Positions 24,376-36,593 of a DNA stretch of 64,000 nt are shown here, one piece after another. The first letter of the stretch is position 1. Each line of letters opens with the position of its first letter. Origin of the DNA: Hemiscyllium ocellatum (Eukaryota). Location of the stretch: positions 70,671,857 to 70,735,856 of the forward strand of contig NC_083407.1 in the NCBI RefSeq assembly GCF_020745735.1, written 5' to 3'. The translations under genes and the position numbers were made by a program. The notes below the pieces were generated by a model that ran no database searches, was not told where the DNA came from, and worked only from the letters and a program-made list of their open reading frames with translations.

Positions 24376-24950
24376 ATTATGTGGATACGACAGAAAACTC
24401 AATAAATTTACGCCATATGTATTTTTACTTTATTACAACCTTTTAGGGTACCATCAGTCCTCAACCACTATCCAGATATACATGAGGCTAATATATCAAA
24501 AAAAAACTTGGAAGGGATAATTTAACAATTCCCCATCACGTTGCAGGGAGGACTTTCATTAAATGCTTTATTCCTGATGTTTGCCCATCTCAATACCATT
24601 GAACCCAGCAATGGGTCAGCCATCCATTGAATCTCAGCAAGAACTGTATATCAATAAATGTATATCAATGTATTGCCTGAGGTATAGTGCAACTGAGGAG
24701 CTGCATTTAAATCACATCCAACAGCTACATTTCCTGAAGTTTCCAGTGAAAATGTCTGCAAGGTTTGCATCTGCCAGCTTTCCAAGTGGAATTAATTTTT
24801 ATTCCACAAACAAAAGCAAGCCACAAGCTAGACCTTGTAAGTGATGGTTTGCAGAAGGATTTTATAATTACACAAAAAGATCTTGCAACAAAAGATCTCA
24901 GAAAGGTCAATCAACAACTAATAGAGAAGTAACTAGAAATATTCACAGAC

Positions 24951-25232
24951 CTTTAACTGTAACCTTCATCTCGCACGATTCACTGCCAGCTTCATTCTGT
25001 GCTTTACAAGAATAATTGCCACTGTCTTCGAGGCTTATATTAGCAATTTCAAGGTTTGCCACGGAATCAACAAATGACATTCTGTATTTCTGGTTGGCAC
25101 TAATCTCCCGATAATTCTTGAACCAAGAAATTTTGATTTCAGGTGTTCCAGTTACTTTGCACTCAAAATTTGCTGTCTCTCCCTTTTTAAATACTGTGGC
25201 AGGAGCTAACTTCTTAATAAAGTATGGAGGTT
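24951..25232 (-). CDS. ttn: titin I-band Ig exon A5
   Basis: 282 bp; EPPYFIKKLAPATVFKKG; donor GTCTGT. Confidence 0.9.
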
Positions 25233-26463
25233 CTGGAGAATAAAACAAAGTAAACTTCATTACAAATAGGAGAAAAAAATACACCACCATAGTGGGCCCG
25301 GCTGCTACTGAAAAGGCAGTGGAGACCTCACTGCACACTCTTCTCACTCTTCCCCCTGATCTGCTTTGGTGCTGCTCAGATACTCGGATGCTTGTAGTTG
25401 GAGTCCTGATCATCCTTAGAAGGAATTTCTGACCCGCAAGAGCTGTCAACCAATCAGCGGATGGCTGTTCATCAGTACTGGCCAATCCACTGGGAGCAGT
25501 GGCCTCTGCTCGTGCTGTGGGAGGCCAAGGCAGAGGATGATGGATAGAGTTCCAGGGACAAGGTAGAATTAGAATTAGGTTTACTGTCATGTGTATTCAA
25601 GCACAGAGGTACAGGAGTACCATGAAAATTGCCATCATTCCTGGCACCATCTTAGGTACAAAGATACCTGAGTATAAAATCTTAGGTACAAAATAGAAAA
25701 GTAAAGAAATAAGTTAAAAGTTTGATGTTATGTGCAGAAGGTTCACTGTGGCCTCTCTGTCTCAATTAAGCTGAGACAGTTGTTATTATCTAGCCTAGAC
25801 ATGAGTCTTATTTTTGGCGAGACCTTTGAAGGATAGTATCTTTCTTGGGACACCCTCACCCTGACCCCAGACTCTCAACAAACCAAAGGATACCTTTCGG
25901 GATTTACAGTCTAAGATTATTACATTTTATGGTATCTGCCTGTTGCTGGTTGTACACCATTGGTGGCAGATTGGGGCCCTTTGGTCAATTAAGGGCCTCA
26001 ATTGGTTTGCAAGCAGAAATGTTGTTCTCTGGCCTTTTCACCCAAGGTAATTATGATAAGAAGCACAGCCAACTGCATCTCCAGCACTTTCCTGATCAGT
26101 CAAACAGGCATTTCAACCTCCCAGACAGCTGCTGAGCTGTTTGTGGGGGGATCAAATTCTTTCCAAGGTTACACAATCAAGATATAAAAAGGCAAAGACA
26201 GACAAGCCAAAGCAAAATAGTTCTAGAGAAGAAAATGGGGTAAATGTTGTTATATGTATGAAATGCTGGAACAAACACATAGAACACAGAAAGGAGCAAT
26301 GAAACACCCAGTAATATGAAGGAATGAAAGAAAACAACACATTACTGACATGAAAAATAACCAGAGAAAAATAGCTTTGCAAACTTGTAAAGTTTTCAAA
26401 CTTAAGACAGAATCTTGCAAGAGTGCTTAATAATGATTTAACAAATGAACTAAAAATACACAC

Positions 26464-26742
26464 CTTTGACAAATAGTCTTGCTGTACAAGTGGCAGTGCC
26501 AACCTTGTTGCTGACTTCACATGTGTAGTCACCCAAATCAGAATTTTTAGTTGAAAACAGCTCAAGTAAACTTGTTGAACCTTCACTTAAAATGGAACAG
26601 TCAGCACCAGACATCAGCTCCCTGCCGTCCTTCAGCCATTTTATAGACAGTGGAGCAGTTCCTTTCACAACACTTCTAAACTGCACTGTGGATCCAGGCA
26701 AAGCTTCCTGAGCTATAGGCTTTTCCACAAAACTTGGTGGCT
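26464..26742 (-). CDS. ttn: titin I-band Ig exon B4
   Basis: 279 bp; EPPSFVEKPIAQEALPG; donor GTGTGT. Confidence 0.9.
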
Positions 26743-27514
26743 CTATAATTCACGTGAGGAAAGAGAACAATACAATTGGAACGCTAATAAAAATAAAATG
26801 GCAGATTCTAATTTTCCATGAACTGCAAAACAAATTTTAACTACTTGTTTTGGGCTGGATCTTCTCCCTTGGGCAGAAAAAAAAGTCATGACTGTTTCCA
26901 GGTTCCAAACCCTCCCCCTTTCTAAGGACACAATCACTCACTGGGATATTCACTGGGACTTCACCATAACTGGCCTAGAGAAAGTCAGGACAGTGGGCAG
27001 GCTCTGGAGGTGGACAGGCCATTCACGGGTGTTCCAGCTTCAACAGAGGTAGCCAACTCCATCAGATAGCAAGTAATTGAAGTACACTGCAGCCTGAGGG
27101 CACATTATTACCAGTTGTGCTTAAATGTTTCAATGAAAGGCAATACAGCTGCCAGATGACCATAATAGGAGAGGTGGGGCAGACATTTCTCTGCCGAGGA
27201 ACTTTTGGTTGTGTCATTGGAACATTGGGAGGGCCTCCAGATTTGCCTAGAACCTCTGGCTTGCTGCTGGATGCCAGTTTCTAAGTAGTTAAGCCCAATT
27301 AAAATCAAAAGCCCAGCTATTCCCCTTTGAGTATGCTTAGCAAGGTTATTAACAACTCTTACGGAGTACCGTCTTCACAGGGCCTGTCTCAAATTTGTCA
27401 AAATGGCCAGCATCATAAACAGGACCAGGAAACTGGCCTTCCACATAGGCACTCAGATCCCATTCATTTTCAACCAAAGAAAAGCCCAAGAATTCCGTCC
27501 TTTTATTTTGTTTA

Positions 27515-27850
27515 TTCTTTTGAGGGATATGGACACCTCTTATTCTGCCAGTATTGGTTTCCCATCCCTAAATGGCATTGAACTAGGTAGCCCATTTCTG
27601 AAGGAAGTTAGGAATCTACCACATTGCTGTGGGTCTGGAATCTCATGTAGACCAGACCAGGTAACAATGGCAAATTTCCTGCTCTAAAGGCCTTAGTCAA
27701 CCAAATGGATTTTTGTAACAATAAATGAGAGTTATCATGTTCGTCACAAAGGCTAGTTTTATGATTCCAGATTGCATTAATTGAACTTGAATGAATTCCC
27801 AGAGCATTAGCCTAGACCACTGGATTATTAATACAATAACAGTACCACCC
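27515..27850 (-). mobile_element. degraded shark SINE (possibly Deu-domain/SacSINE-like)
   Basis: cacattgctgtgggtctggaatctcatgtagaccagaccaggtaa..taaaggccttagtcaaccaaatgg resembles recalled shark SINE consensus. Confidence 0.5.
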
Positions 27851-27943
27851 TTATAGGGCATCATGCAAACCTTTGAAATTTAATTAATGGTGATGCAGAA
27901 GCTATAAAAGAAACTTTAAATAAAATAAGTTTATCTTTCACAC

Positions 27944-28231
27944 CTGTTATTTTTAGAATACCACTGCATTCAGTACTTCCTGCTGAATTGGTTGCTTTGC
28001 AAATGTAGTTTCCGTGATCAGAAAACTCTAGTTTATTAACTTCCAAAGTTGCTGCATTATCTTGAGATAATATGTTGTATTTTGCATCAGATGTTATTAC
28101 TTTGAAATCTTTATACCAAGTAAAACTCATTGGAAGTGAACCAGAAGCTTTGCATTCCATTTGTGCAAAAGATCCCAAAACAGCATCAATTTTCCGTAAC
28201 TTTTTAGTAAATGTTGGAGGTATTTGTTGAT
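27944..28231 (-). CDS. ttn: titin I-band Ig exon C4
   Basis: 288 bp; DQQIPPTFTKKLRKIDA; donor GTGTGA. Confidence 0.9.
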
Positions 28232-28725
28232 CTGTTCAAGATAAAGTGATGAATAAACAACTAGTCAACTTACAAAAACTATTTCTAAATGAATAAAATC
28301 CATTGTTCATAAGATGCGTTGGCTTAAACAGAAAAGGTTCAGATTTAATGGGAAATACACTCCCTAAGACATTCAAGATAAAACTATTTTTAAACATTGC
28401 TGAAAAGGAATTAAAGTTTTCATTTTGCTCTCACTGGATAAGTGCAAAATGATGAGCTTTAATTGTATTTAGTTTTAGCAATGTTTATATCTTCTGTGCA
28501 ACTAGGTCAACTATTCTCATGTTTCAGAAAAAAAGGAGCTATAAAGCCTATTTTAAAAGTCTCAACATGGATTTGCCTACTCTCATTAAGACTGGAAAAG
28601 TTATAATAATAAGATCCTTCATATACATTTATGGTTGTGACCAGGATTCCTTACTTTGTGAGCAAAGTTTTCAAATGACACGGACGATTTATATAAGTGA
28701 ATTCTAAATGCAAATAAACACTAAC

Positions 28726-29004
28726 CTAATACAGTCAATGTTGCTTTGCAGATGCTGGTTCCAAATTCATTCTTAACCTCAAATGTATACTCAGCCGTAT
28801 CCTCATTAGAAACAGAGGGAATCTTTAGGCTGATCACGTTATTCTCAAAGCTGAGTTTGTGTCTCCTGCTTGGTACCATTTCATTGCCATCCTGAAAACA
28901 TTTAACTCTTAATTCTGGGGTACCAGTTACAGTACATTCCAGGTTTGCTGGATTTCCTGCGGTCACGCTGAGCGACTGTGCTTGTTCTATGATTTTTGCT
29001 GGTT
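28726..29004 (-). CDS. ttn: titin I-band Ig exon D4 (core Trp replaced by Cys)
   Basis: 279 bp; EPAKIIEQAQSLSVTAG..LRVKCFQDG; donor GTTAGT. Confidence 0.88.
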
Positions 29005-29144
29005 CTATGGAGGAAAAAGAAATCCATTCAATATCTACAGCTATGAATCTCATTTCAGTTGGTGCATCACAAAAAATTTGAATTGACGTGTAATTGGCAA
29101 TGATCTTGAAGCGGATGGTACTATTGAGTTAATGTCCCACTGAC

Positions 29145-29423
29145 CTGCTACCAACAATGTAGCAGAACACTTCTCAGTTCCTGCCTCATTCTTGATATGA
29201 CATGTATATTTCCCAGCATGATTTTCTCCAACAGTATTTATTTGAAGAGTAGCAATATTATTCTCAAAAGACAATGAGATATTACCATCTTCTTTGACAT
29301 CAACTTTGTCTTTCATCCAAGTTACATAAATAGGCTTTGAGCCTTTGACTAGACTTTGGAATACAACAGAATTCCCTGACAACGTTGTTACACTTTCAAT
29401 CTTCTTTACAAATCCTGGGGGTT
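29145..29423 (-). CDS. ttn: titin I-band Ig exon E4
   Basis: 279 bp; EPPGFVKKIESVTTLSG; donor GTCAGT. Confidence 0.9.
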
Positions 29424-29589
29424 CTAGTTTAAAACAAATGGTGACATGAATATATTTCACAGCTTTTAGTTGTCATCTTAAAAATGCTTCAATATAAAAG
29501 ATCTTTTCACTAAAGAGTTGAGCATTGCATTCTGCAATAAATAATTGATGTGCTGCTATAAAGAATTCTTACATTATGTCATAACTGAC

Positions 29590-29868
29590 CTTTCAAACTG
29601 ACTGTAGAACTGCAGGAGCTACTGCCAACATCATTTTTTATTGTACATGTATATTCACCAATGTCAGAGGTATCAGATTTTAGAATGGTAAGACTGGCTA
29701 AACCATTTTCAAAGATTATTTTGTATTTTTTGCCACGTCGAATTGGTTTATTATCCTTATACCATGTAACTTCAAAGGGAGCTGTACCAGTCACCTCACA
29801 TTCAAGAGTTACATCATCGTTTTTAACTACATCAACAGGTTCAAGTTTCTTTATAAATGTGGGAGGTT
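29590..29868 (-). CDS. ttn: titin I-band Ig exon F4
   Basis: 279 bp; EPPTFIKKLEPVDVVKN; donor GTCAGT. Confidence 0.9.
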
Positions 29869-29952
29869 CTGAGGAGGAAAGTGAACAATGTGGTTTAGGA
29901 AACAATCAAAAGCCAACAAGTTAAATCTCCTTTAGGGTATTACAATACACAC

Positions 29953-30234
29953 CTTTAACTTGAACCAAAAAGTTGCAGCTATTACCACCAACTTCATTCT
30001 GTGCTTCACAGGAATATTCCCCACTATCTTCCAAACTTGCATCAGCAATCTCAAGCACAGCCACGGTGTTTTGAAATGACATCCTGTATTTGTCACTGGT
30101 TGTAATCTCTGTGTTATTTTTGTACCACGTCACTGTAATTTCAGGTGTACCAGTTATTTTGCACTCAAAACGTGCAAATTCTCCTTGCTTCAGGGCTGCT
30201 GAAGGAGCTGGCTTCTTAACAAAACTTGGAGGCT
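29953..30234 (-). CDS. ttn: titin I-band Ig exon A4
   Basis: 282 bp; EPPSFVKKPAPSAALKQG; donor GTGTGT. Confidence 0.9.
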
Positions 30235-30442
30235 CTGAGAAATTTAAATAAAATGAAGCTGAATTTTGGAATTTCTAAGTAAATTTATGATTGTTATACC
30301 ATAGATTAACAGATAAGAGAAAATGATCTTCAGATAAAATTTACTCTGATTTGTTGAGGAAGAAAATTAGGCAAGGAAGATTATGCTGTTAATGATATTT
30401 TCTAATACTTAATTTCCAGCAAGATTGACAAGAATTGCAAAC

Positions 30443-30721
30443 CTTTGATGAAAACTTCTGCAGTGCTTGTGACTGAACCAGCTTCATTGCTGAGATGGCA
30501 GCTATAAACACCAGCATCGGAAATTTTAGCTGAGCTTAGCTCAAAGTAGTATGTTGTTTCTTCATTCCAAATGGAACATCTTGCACCAGGCCTCAGTTCC
30601 CTATTATCTTTGAACCACTTGACAAACAGTGGAAGAGTTCCTTTCACAGCACTGTTAAACTGCAGTGTGGAACCAAGTACAATTGCTTGGGATTTTGGTT
30701 CTCGGACAAAGCTTGGTGGCT
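30443..30721 (-). CDS. ttn: titin I-band Ig exon B3
   Basis: 279 bp; EPPSFVREPKSQAIVLG; donor GTTTGC. Confidence 0.9.
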
Positions 30722-30966
30722 CTAGAAGTTGTTAAAGAAAATGTCATTTAGTCAGACAAAACTAAAAGTTCTAAAATTAGATTACATCATCCTGCCATTA
30801 AGTACTGATCATCCTATGTTAAAATATTTTAAATAGTGGAAATACAGCTAATTTATTTAGATATTTTATCACTGCAGAAGAAAAGAAGGAGATGATGCTA
30901 CAGCTGGAAAACCAGCTTTTCATGCATCGTAACATAACGCTGTTTGGGATAACAGGATCTTCCAAC

Positions 30967-31254
30967 CTTTTACTGTTAAGAATCCACTGCATTCACTGAC
31001 TCCTGCAGTATTTGTTGCTTTGCACGAATAATTTCCACCATCTGAGAGTTCAAGTTCTTTGATCTCCAAAAGTGCTGTATTTTCTTCAAATGATATTTTA
31101 TATTTGTGGCCAGTAAATATCTCTTTGTAATCTTTATACCAAGCAATGTCGATTGGTAGAGAACCAGATACTTTGCACTCCATGTGCATTAATGTCCCCA
31201 AGATGCTATCCATTTTCTTTAAACTTCTTGTAAATGATGGAGCAATTATTCGAT
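30967..31254 (-). CDS. ttn: titin I-band Ig exon C3
   Basis: 288 bp; DRIIAPSFTRSLKKMDS; donor GTTGGA. Confidence 0.9.
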
Positions 31255-32037
31255 CTGTCCAACAGAGAATAATAAAAAAGATTGTCAGTCAAAATATCAA
31301 AGTGATATTTTAACTACTTCACCTGATAGAAATTACATGATAATGGAGTCCATGTTGAGGCAGTGGACCACATGCACTGTTCCATCTCCAGCACCAATCT
31401 TTGCATGGCCTTCTGCAGAGTGCACATCCGAATCAAGTATGCAAACCAAGAATGTATGCATTTTGTGATGTTATGATTTTTTAGAAATCTAATTCAATTT
31501 TATGGGCTATTGTACTGAATGTGCACTGTGCATACACTGCTCTATTTCAGCTCATGGTCCAGCAGATAACTCTTGAAAATTAGTGCAAAGCTTTTTTTGC
31601 ACAATCAGGAGTGCTCTTCTAGACTCTGCAAGAACAATATGTGACATTACAAACTTGGGTTCTCCACCACCCATCCTCATTACCTCCTTGCCTTACCAAG
31701 TGGATCTGTCAGTAGCCCTCTCAAAATTGTGCTGGCCTTCAGCCAGCAGGGTGGAGAAGGACAATGTTCAGGCATGCAGTCTGTCAATTCCGATGGACCA
31801 CTGACATGCCTGAGCAATCAGACAGACCACTGACACCATCATTAGATCTCCCATTAGTTAAAACTTACCTTTAAAATTTTGGCATATTTTGCTTAACAGA
31901 CAGTATTAGTCAACTAGTTGCTGAAGGCATGAAGAAAATTATTATAAAATCTGAAAATAATATGAAGATGTCACTAAGTTGCTGTCTTTTACCAAATGCA
32001 TACATTTAGAAGACAACAGGAAGACACAAAAGCATAT

Positions 32038-32373
32038 AGAAGAAGAAGAATCCCTACAGTGTGGAAACAGGCCCTTTGGCCCAAAAGTCCACACTGACCC
32101 TCCGAGGAGTCAAACCCAGACCCACTTCTTTACCCTATATGTTTCCCTGATTGATGCACCTAACCTACATATCCCTGAACACTATGGGCAATTTAGCGTG
32201 GCCAATTTACCAAACCTGCACTTGCTTGGACTGTGGGAAGAAACTGGAGGAAACCCAGGCAGACACTGGGTGAATGTGCAAACTCCACATAGACAGTTCC
32301 CCAAGGCTGGAATCGTATCCGGGTCCCTGGTTCTGTGAGGCAGCAGTACTAACCACTGAGTCACTGTACCACC
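32038..32373 (-). mobile_element. HE1-type elasmobranch SINE, full length
   Basis: Head cagtgactcagtggttagtactgctgcctcacagaaccagggacccgg; 3' gggccaaagggcctgtttccacactgtaggga plus (TTC)n tail. Confidence 0.85.
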
Positions 32374-32485
32374 TCAATGTTTTCAGTGCTTCTGAAATAT
32401 AATTTCCTCAGTTCAGTTCTTCCATCTCGGCTTCATTTTTGAGATATGCATCAAAACGTTTCAACACAAGAATAAAAACACCAAC

Positions 32486-32764
32486 CTAGTACAGACAATG
32501 TAGTTTTGCAGCTGCTTTGTCCAAATTCATTTTGAACTTCAAAAACATATTCGCCACTGTCTTCTTTAGTAACGGACAGAACCCTTAGGATTGCCACCTT
32601 GTTCACAAAAGTTATTTTGTATTTCCTGCTGGATGTCAATTCAGTTTCATTCTTGAACCATCTTACTCTCAGTTCTGGAGTACCAGCAACAACACATTCT
32701 AAGATGGCTGCAGTTCCTGAAGTGACATTTAATGGCTGTGGCTTCTCTATGATTTGTGCAGGTT
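32486..32764 (-). CDS. ttn: titin I-band Ig exon D3
   Basis: 279 bp; EPAQIIEKPQPLNVTSG; donor GTTGGT. Confidence 0.9.
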
Positions 32765-32865
32765 CTGCAAGAAAAACCATTCCTCCTCAATCAATGAAGT
32801 GAAAAATCTTGTTGGCATATTCGACACTTCATGGAAATTCACAAACATCATTGGCGTATACTAAC

Positions 32866-33144
32866 CTGTTACTGACAAAGTAGCAAAACACTTGTCTGTT
32901 CCTGCATCATTTATGGCCTGGCATGTATACTTCCCACTGTCACTTGCTCCAACAGAAGCAATTTGCAGTGTGGCAATATTGTTCTTGAAAGATATTTTAA
33001 TGTGGTCATCTTCTCTAATTTCATCTTTGTCCTTCATCCATGTAACAAGTATTGGAGAAGATCCTTGTATTTGGCAGGTAAAACTGGCTGCACTTTGCGA
33101 CAATATTGTAATGTTTTCAATCTTTTTCACAAAGGAAGGAGGTT
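32866..33144 (-). CDS. ttn: titin I-band Ig exon E3
   Basis: 279 bp; EPPSFVKKIENITILSQ; donor GTTAGT. Confidence 0.9.
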
Positions 33145-33291
33145 CTGATTTAAAGTTAAGAGTTTTATGAATTAGATATAAAATCAGACACTCAGTGTTT
33201 ATTCAAGCTAAAACAATCGTGCAAAGAATGAACTGCAAAATGGAATTATTGAAAATGTCTAAAGAATAAATAATTTCATTGGATAACTGAC

Positions 33292-33570
33292 CTTTTAATC
33301 TAACTCCAGTAACACAAGAACAACTTCCCACATCATTTGTTACTTCACATTTGTATTCACCAACATCTGAGTTATCAGCTTTTTGAACAGAAAGAGTAAA
33401 TAAAGATTTTCCAATGAACATCTTGAACTTTATACTTGGTCGAATCTGCTTATTGTCCTTATACCAAGTGACATCAAATGGGCCAGTACCATCCACCTCA
33501 CATTCAAGATTGATATCATTGCCTTTTACTATCTCAACAGGTTCAAGTTTCTTTCTAAATGAAGGAGGCT
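33292..33570 (-). CDS. ttn: titin I-band Ig exon F3
   Basis: 279 bp; EPPSFRKKLEPVEIVKG; donor GTCAGT. Confidence 0.9.
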
Positions 33571-33678
33571 CTAAAAGAAAAACAAATAAATCAAAACAAT
33601 TCAGAAATTCATCACACTTGAAAGATTTGTGAAAGCAAATTATCAAATTTGATTCAAATGTGCTTTATGGCTACACAC

Positions 33679-33960
33679 CTTTAATTGCAACTATAACACT
33701 GCAATCATCAAAACCAGCTTCATTCTCTGCTCTGCAAGTGTAATGTCCACTGTCTTCCACACTGGCATCAATCAATTCAAAGACTGACACTGAATCAACA
33801 AATGACATCTTGATTTTGTCACTTGGATGAACTTTACTCTCTTTCTTATACCAGGTAATTTTGATTTCAGGTGTGCCAGTTACTGTACACTCAAGACGTA
33901 CTGAACCTCCTTTTTCTAATGACATGGTCCGCTCTGGTTTCTTAATGAACTGTGGAGGCT
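33679..33960 (-). CDS. ttn: titin I-band Ig exon A3
   Basis: 282 bp; EPPQFIKKPERTMSLEKG; donor GTGTGT. Confidence 0.9.
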
Positions 33961-34419
33961 CTATAAAATGAAAACATACTGAACTGAATAAAAGGGAAAA
34001 CTAAAAGGTTTTAAGTGCACACAATGAAGATAATGGATGTGATAAATAAGAACTCATGATGACCAGCGTGATTTCCAATTAATCACAAATTTGCCATAAT
34101 AAAAATGATCTGCTTTTGATTTCTAACTGATATTTTAAAGAGCATAAGATGCAATTTTTAAAACGTCTATAACTTTCCTGAAAAGATCACATAATTTCAA
34201 CCCGTAACTAACAATAATATTATGCACTATTGACATCTTGGAGAAGCACCTGGAAATTCATGTTCATTCAAATATGTGGTCAGCTTTTTTTTTAAATATA
34301 GCAAAGACTAACCCAAATGCTCTAACTTAAATGAGTTCCATTTAAAAATAAAGTAAGCCTATTAAGTTACAATTTATATGTTCTTCATTTCATTTAAATT
34401 GAAGGTAGATGCTGGAGAT

Positions 34420-34570
34420 GTAGTCAAACTGGCACTTGTGTGTACCGCCTATTTGCAGAACAGTTCTGAAGAAGAGTCAAACTGGATTTGAAACATTAAC
34501 TGTTTTTCTCTTCACAGATGCTGCTGGACCTCCCGAGTGTCTCCAGCATTCTCTGTGTTTGTTTCTAACT
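34420..34570. mobile_element. short Penelope-derived palindromic-type repeat
   Basis: gatgctggagat..ttctgaagaagagtca..cagatgctgctggacct..ctccagcattctctgt; related to 37800-37985 and to the Penelope termini at 46030-46175. Confidence 0.45.
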
Positions 34571-34789
34571 GAAATTAGCTAAAATAGTCTAAATATTGCT
34601 CTGTAATCCTTACTTTTAATATATTGTCTCGTAACTACATTATATAGATCCCTTCAACATTCAGTATTGTTCAGCTATTGTTTAACCATGTAGCCCATTC
34701 ACCACTTGGAATTGTGGATCATGAAGTCTGATTCCACTTAAGAAATCCTATTTTAGTAAAGCAAGCCCTACTTTTCATTTTTGAAAAGG

Positions 34790-35680
34790 ATTTGTTTGGC
34801 ATGAGCAATGCTAACCAGGGCAACATTTATTATCTTTCCGCAATTGCCTTTGAAAAGGTGAGCTGTCTTCTTAAACTGCTGCAGTCCGAGTTGTTGGGAT
34901 ATCCTCAGTGCTGTTGGGGAGGGAGTTCCAGGATTTTGACCCAGTGACAATAGACTAACAGTAGATTCAAGTCAGCACTGTGTATGGCTTCAAGAGTAAC
35001 TTGCAAATGGCAGTGCCCCATGCATCTTCCATCTTTGTCCTTCTAGGAGGGACAGGTTGTGACTTCCTTGTTTGTGGAGCTTTGGTGAATTTCTGCAATG
35101 CACCTTGTAGATGTACCACACTGTAGCTACTGACCATTGGGAGTGAAGCAAGTGAATGCTGAAAATTGCAGATGGCATGCCAATCAAGGGAGCTGCTTTT
35201 CCTGTGGAACTTTTGAGTGTTGTTGACATGTGTTTTATAGATGATTAATAGGTACTGCAGAGCCAGAAATTGAGTTGCTTGCCACAAAATTTATAGCCTC
35301 TGATCTGCTCCTGAAGCCTCAGTATTCATATGGACGGTCCAGTTCAGTGTCTGGTCAATGATCAGATTCTCTACTGTTAGTGATGATCATTGCCTGGCAC
35401 TTGTATGAAATGAATGTTACTTGCTGCTCATCAGCCCAAGTCTGCATATTGTCCAGGTCATGTTGCAGATGAACATGTGCTGCGTCAGTATCTGAGAAGT
35501 TAAGAATGGTACTGAATATTATGCAATAAACAATGAACATCCCCAATTCTGAGGCTATGGCAGATGGCAGGTCATTAATGAAGCAGCTGAAGATGTTTGA
35601 CTCTAGGACAATACGCTGAGGAACTCCTGCAGAGATGTCCTGTAGCTGAGGTGACTGATGTCTGTCAACCACAAATGTTT
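34790..35680 (-). mobile_element. L2/CR1-clade LINE 3' portion with RT remnant
   Basis: ORF 35355..35672 ISAGVPQRIVLESNIFSCFINDLP..LQHDLDNMQTWAD (degenerate GVPQGSVLGP..FINDLP); 3'UTR gggagttccaggattttgacccag. Confidence 0.75.
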
Positions 35681-36314
35681 TCCTTTATGCTAGATATGAC
35701 ATCAACCAATGGAAAGCTTTCCCTTTAATTCTCTTTGAAATCTGTATTTGCAGCCACAATATTTTAATATTTAGGGGGAAAGTACATTGAAGATACATGT
35801 TAACTTTAATTAAAATTTGGATATGTTTTAAACTACTAACAAGCAAATCAAATTTATGATTCATCCACCAATAAGGGAATAGCAAAGATAATCTTTTTAA
35901 AACCTGATGACCTGTGGAATTGAAACAGGGGGAACCAGCTGGAAAAGGAGCTGCAAATGGAAATTGACTCCATGGATTTCACACATTCTGTATGGCTCAC
36001 TTGTCTTCAGGGGGCTGCAATAATCCTGAGATAATTCCCAATTAAAACAAAATATTGTAGCCAACTGTCACATCTTGACATAAAAGCATCTTTCGAAACA
36101 TTTCTAATTGCATTAAGAGAAATAAGATAAATGTAGTAGTAATAGTGTTGAAGGAAGATTCAGATTTTCAATGGGGAAAAGTAATGAAATAAAAGTGTAA
36201 AGATAAATTTACAAACATAAAGCTAAAAGAGTACAGAAGCCATCAAAGAAAGATAGTGTAAAATAAAGCTCAGCATGCAATGTTTCATGGAAGTGTTATC
36301 AAGAAAATCCCCAC

Positions 36315-36593
36315 CTTTGACAAAAAGGGTAGCAGAACATGATTCTGTGCCAACTTCATTTCTGACTTGACAAGTGTATTCACCAGTATCAGATACTTTT
36401 GCTGAATGTAGTTGTAGCAAACTTGATGAGCCTTCTTTTGAAATGTAACATGCATTACTAGATGTCAACTCCCTACTGTCCTTGAACCATTTTATTGTCA
36501 TTGGAGGTGTTCCACTCATAACACTTCTAAATTGCACTTTGGAACCAGGCACAACATCCTGGGACAATGGTTTCACAGTGAAAGATGGAGGCT
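36315..36593 (-). CDS. ttn: titin I-band Ig exon B2
   Basis: 279 bp; EPPSFTVKPLSQDVVPG; donor GTGGGG. Confidence 0.9.

Noticed and set aside
24943-25590. 215-aa ORF that seems to give exon A5 a long N-terminal extension
   Set aside because: The frame merely stays open through intronic repeat-derived DNA; a proper polypyrimidine-AG acceptor at 25233 gives the standard 282-bp class-A exon
13577-32373. tRNA-like A/B-box sequences
   Set aside because: They are SINE heads without a full cloverleaf, so they are not called as tRNA genes
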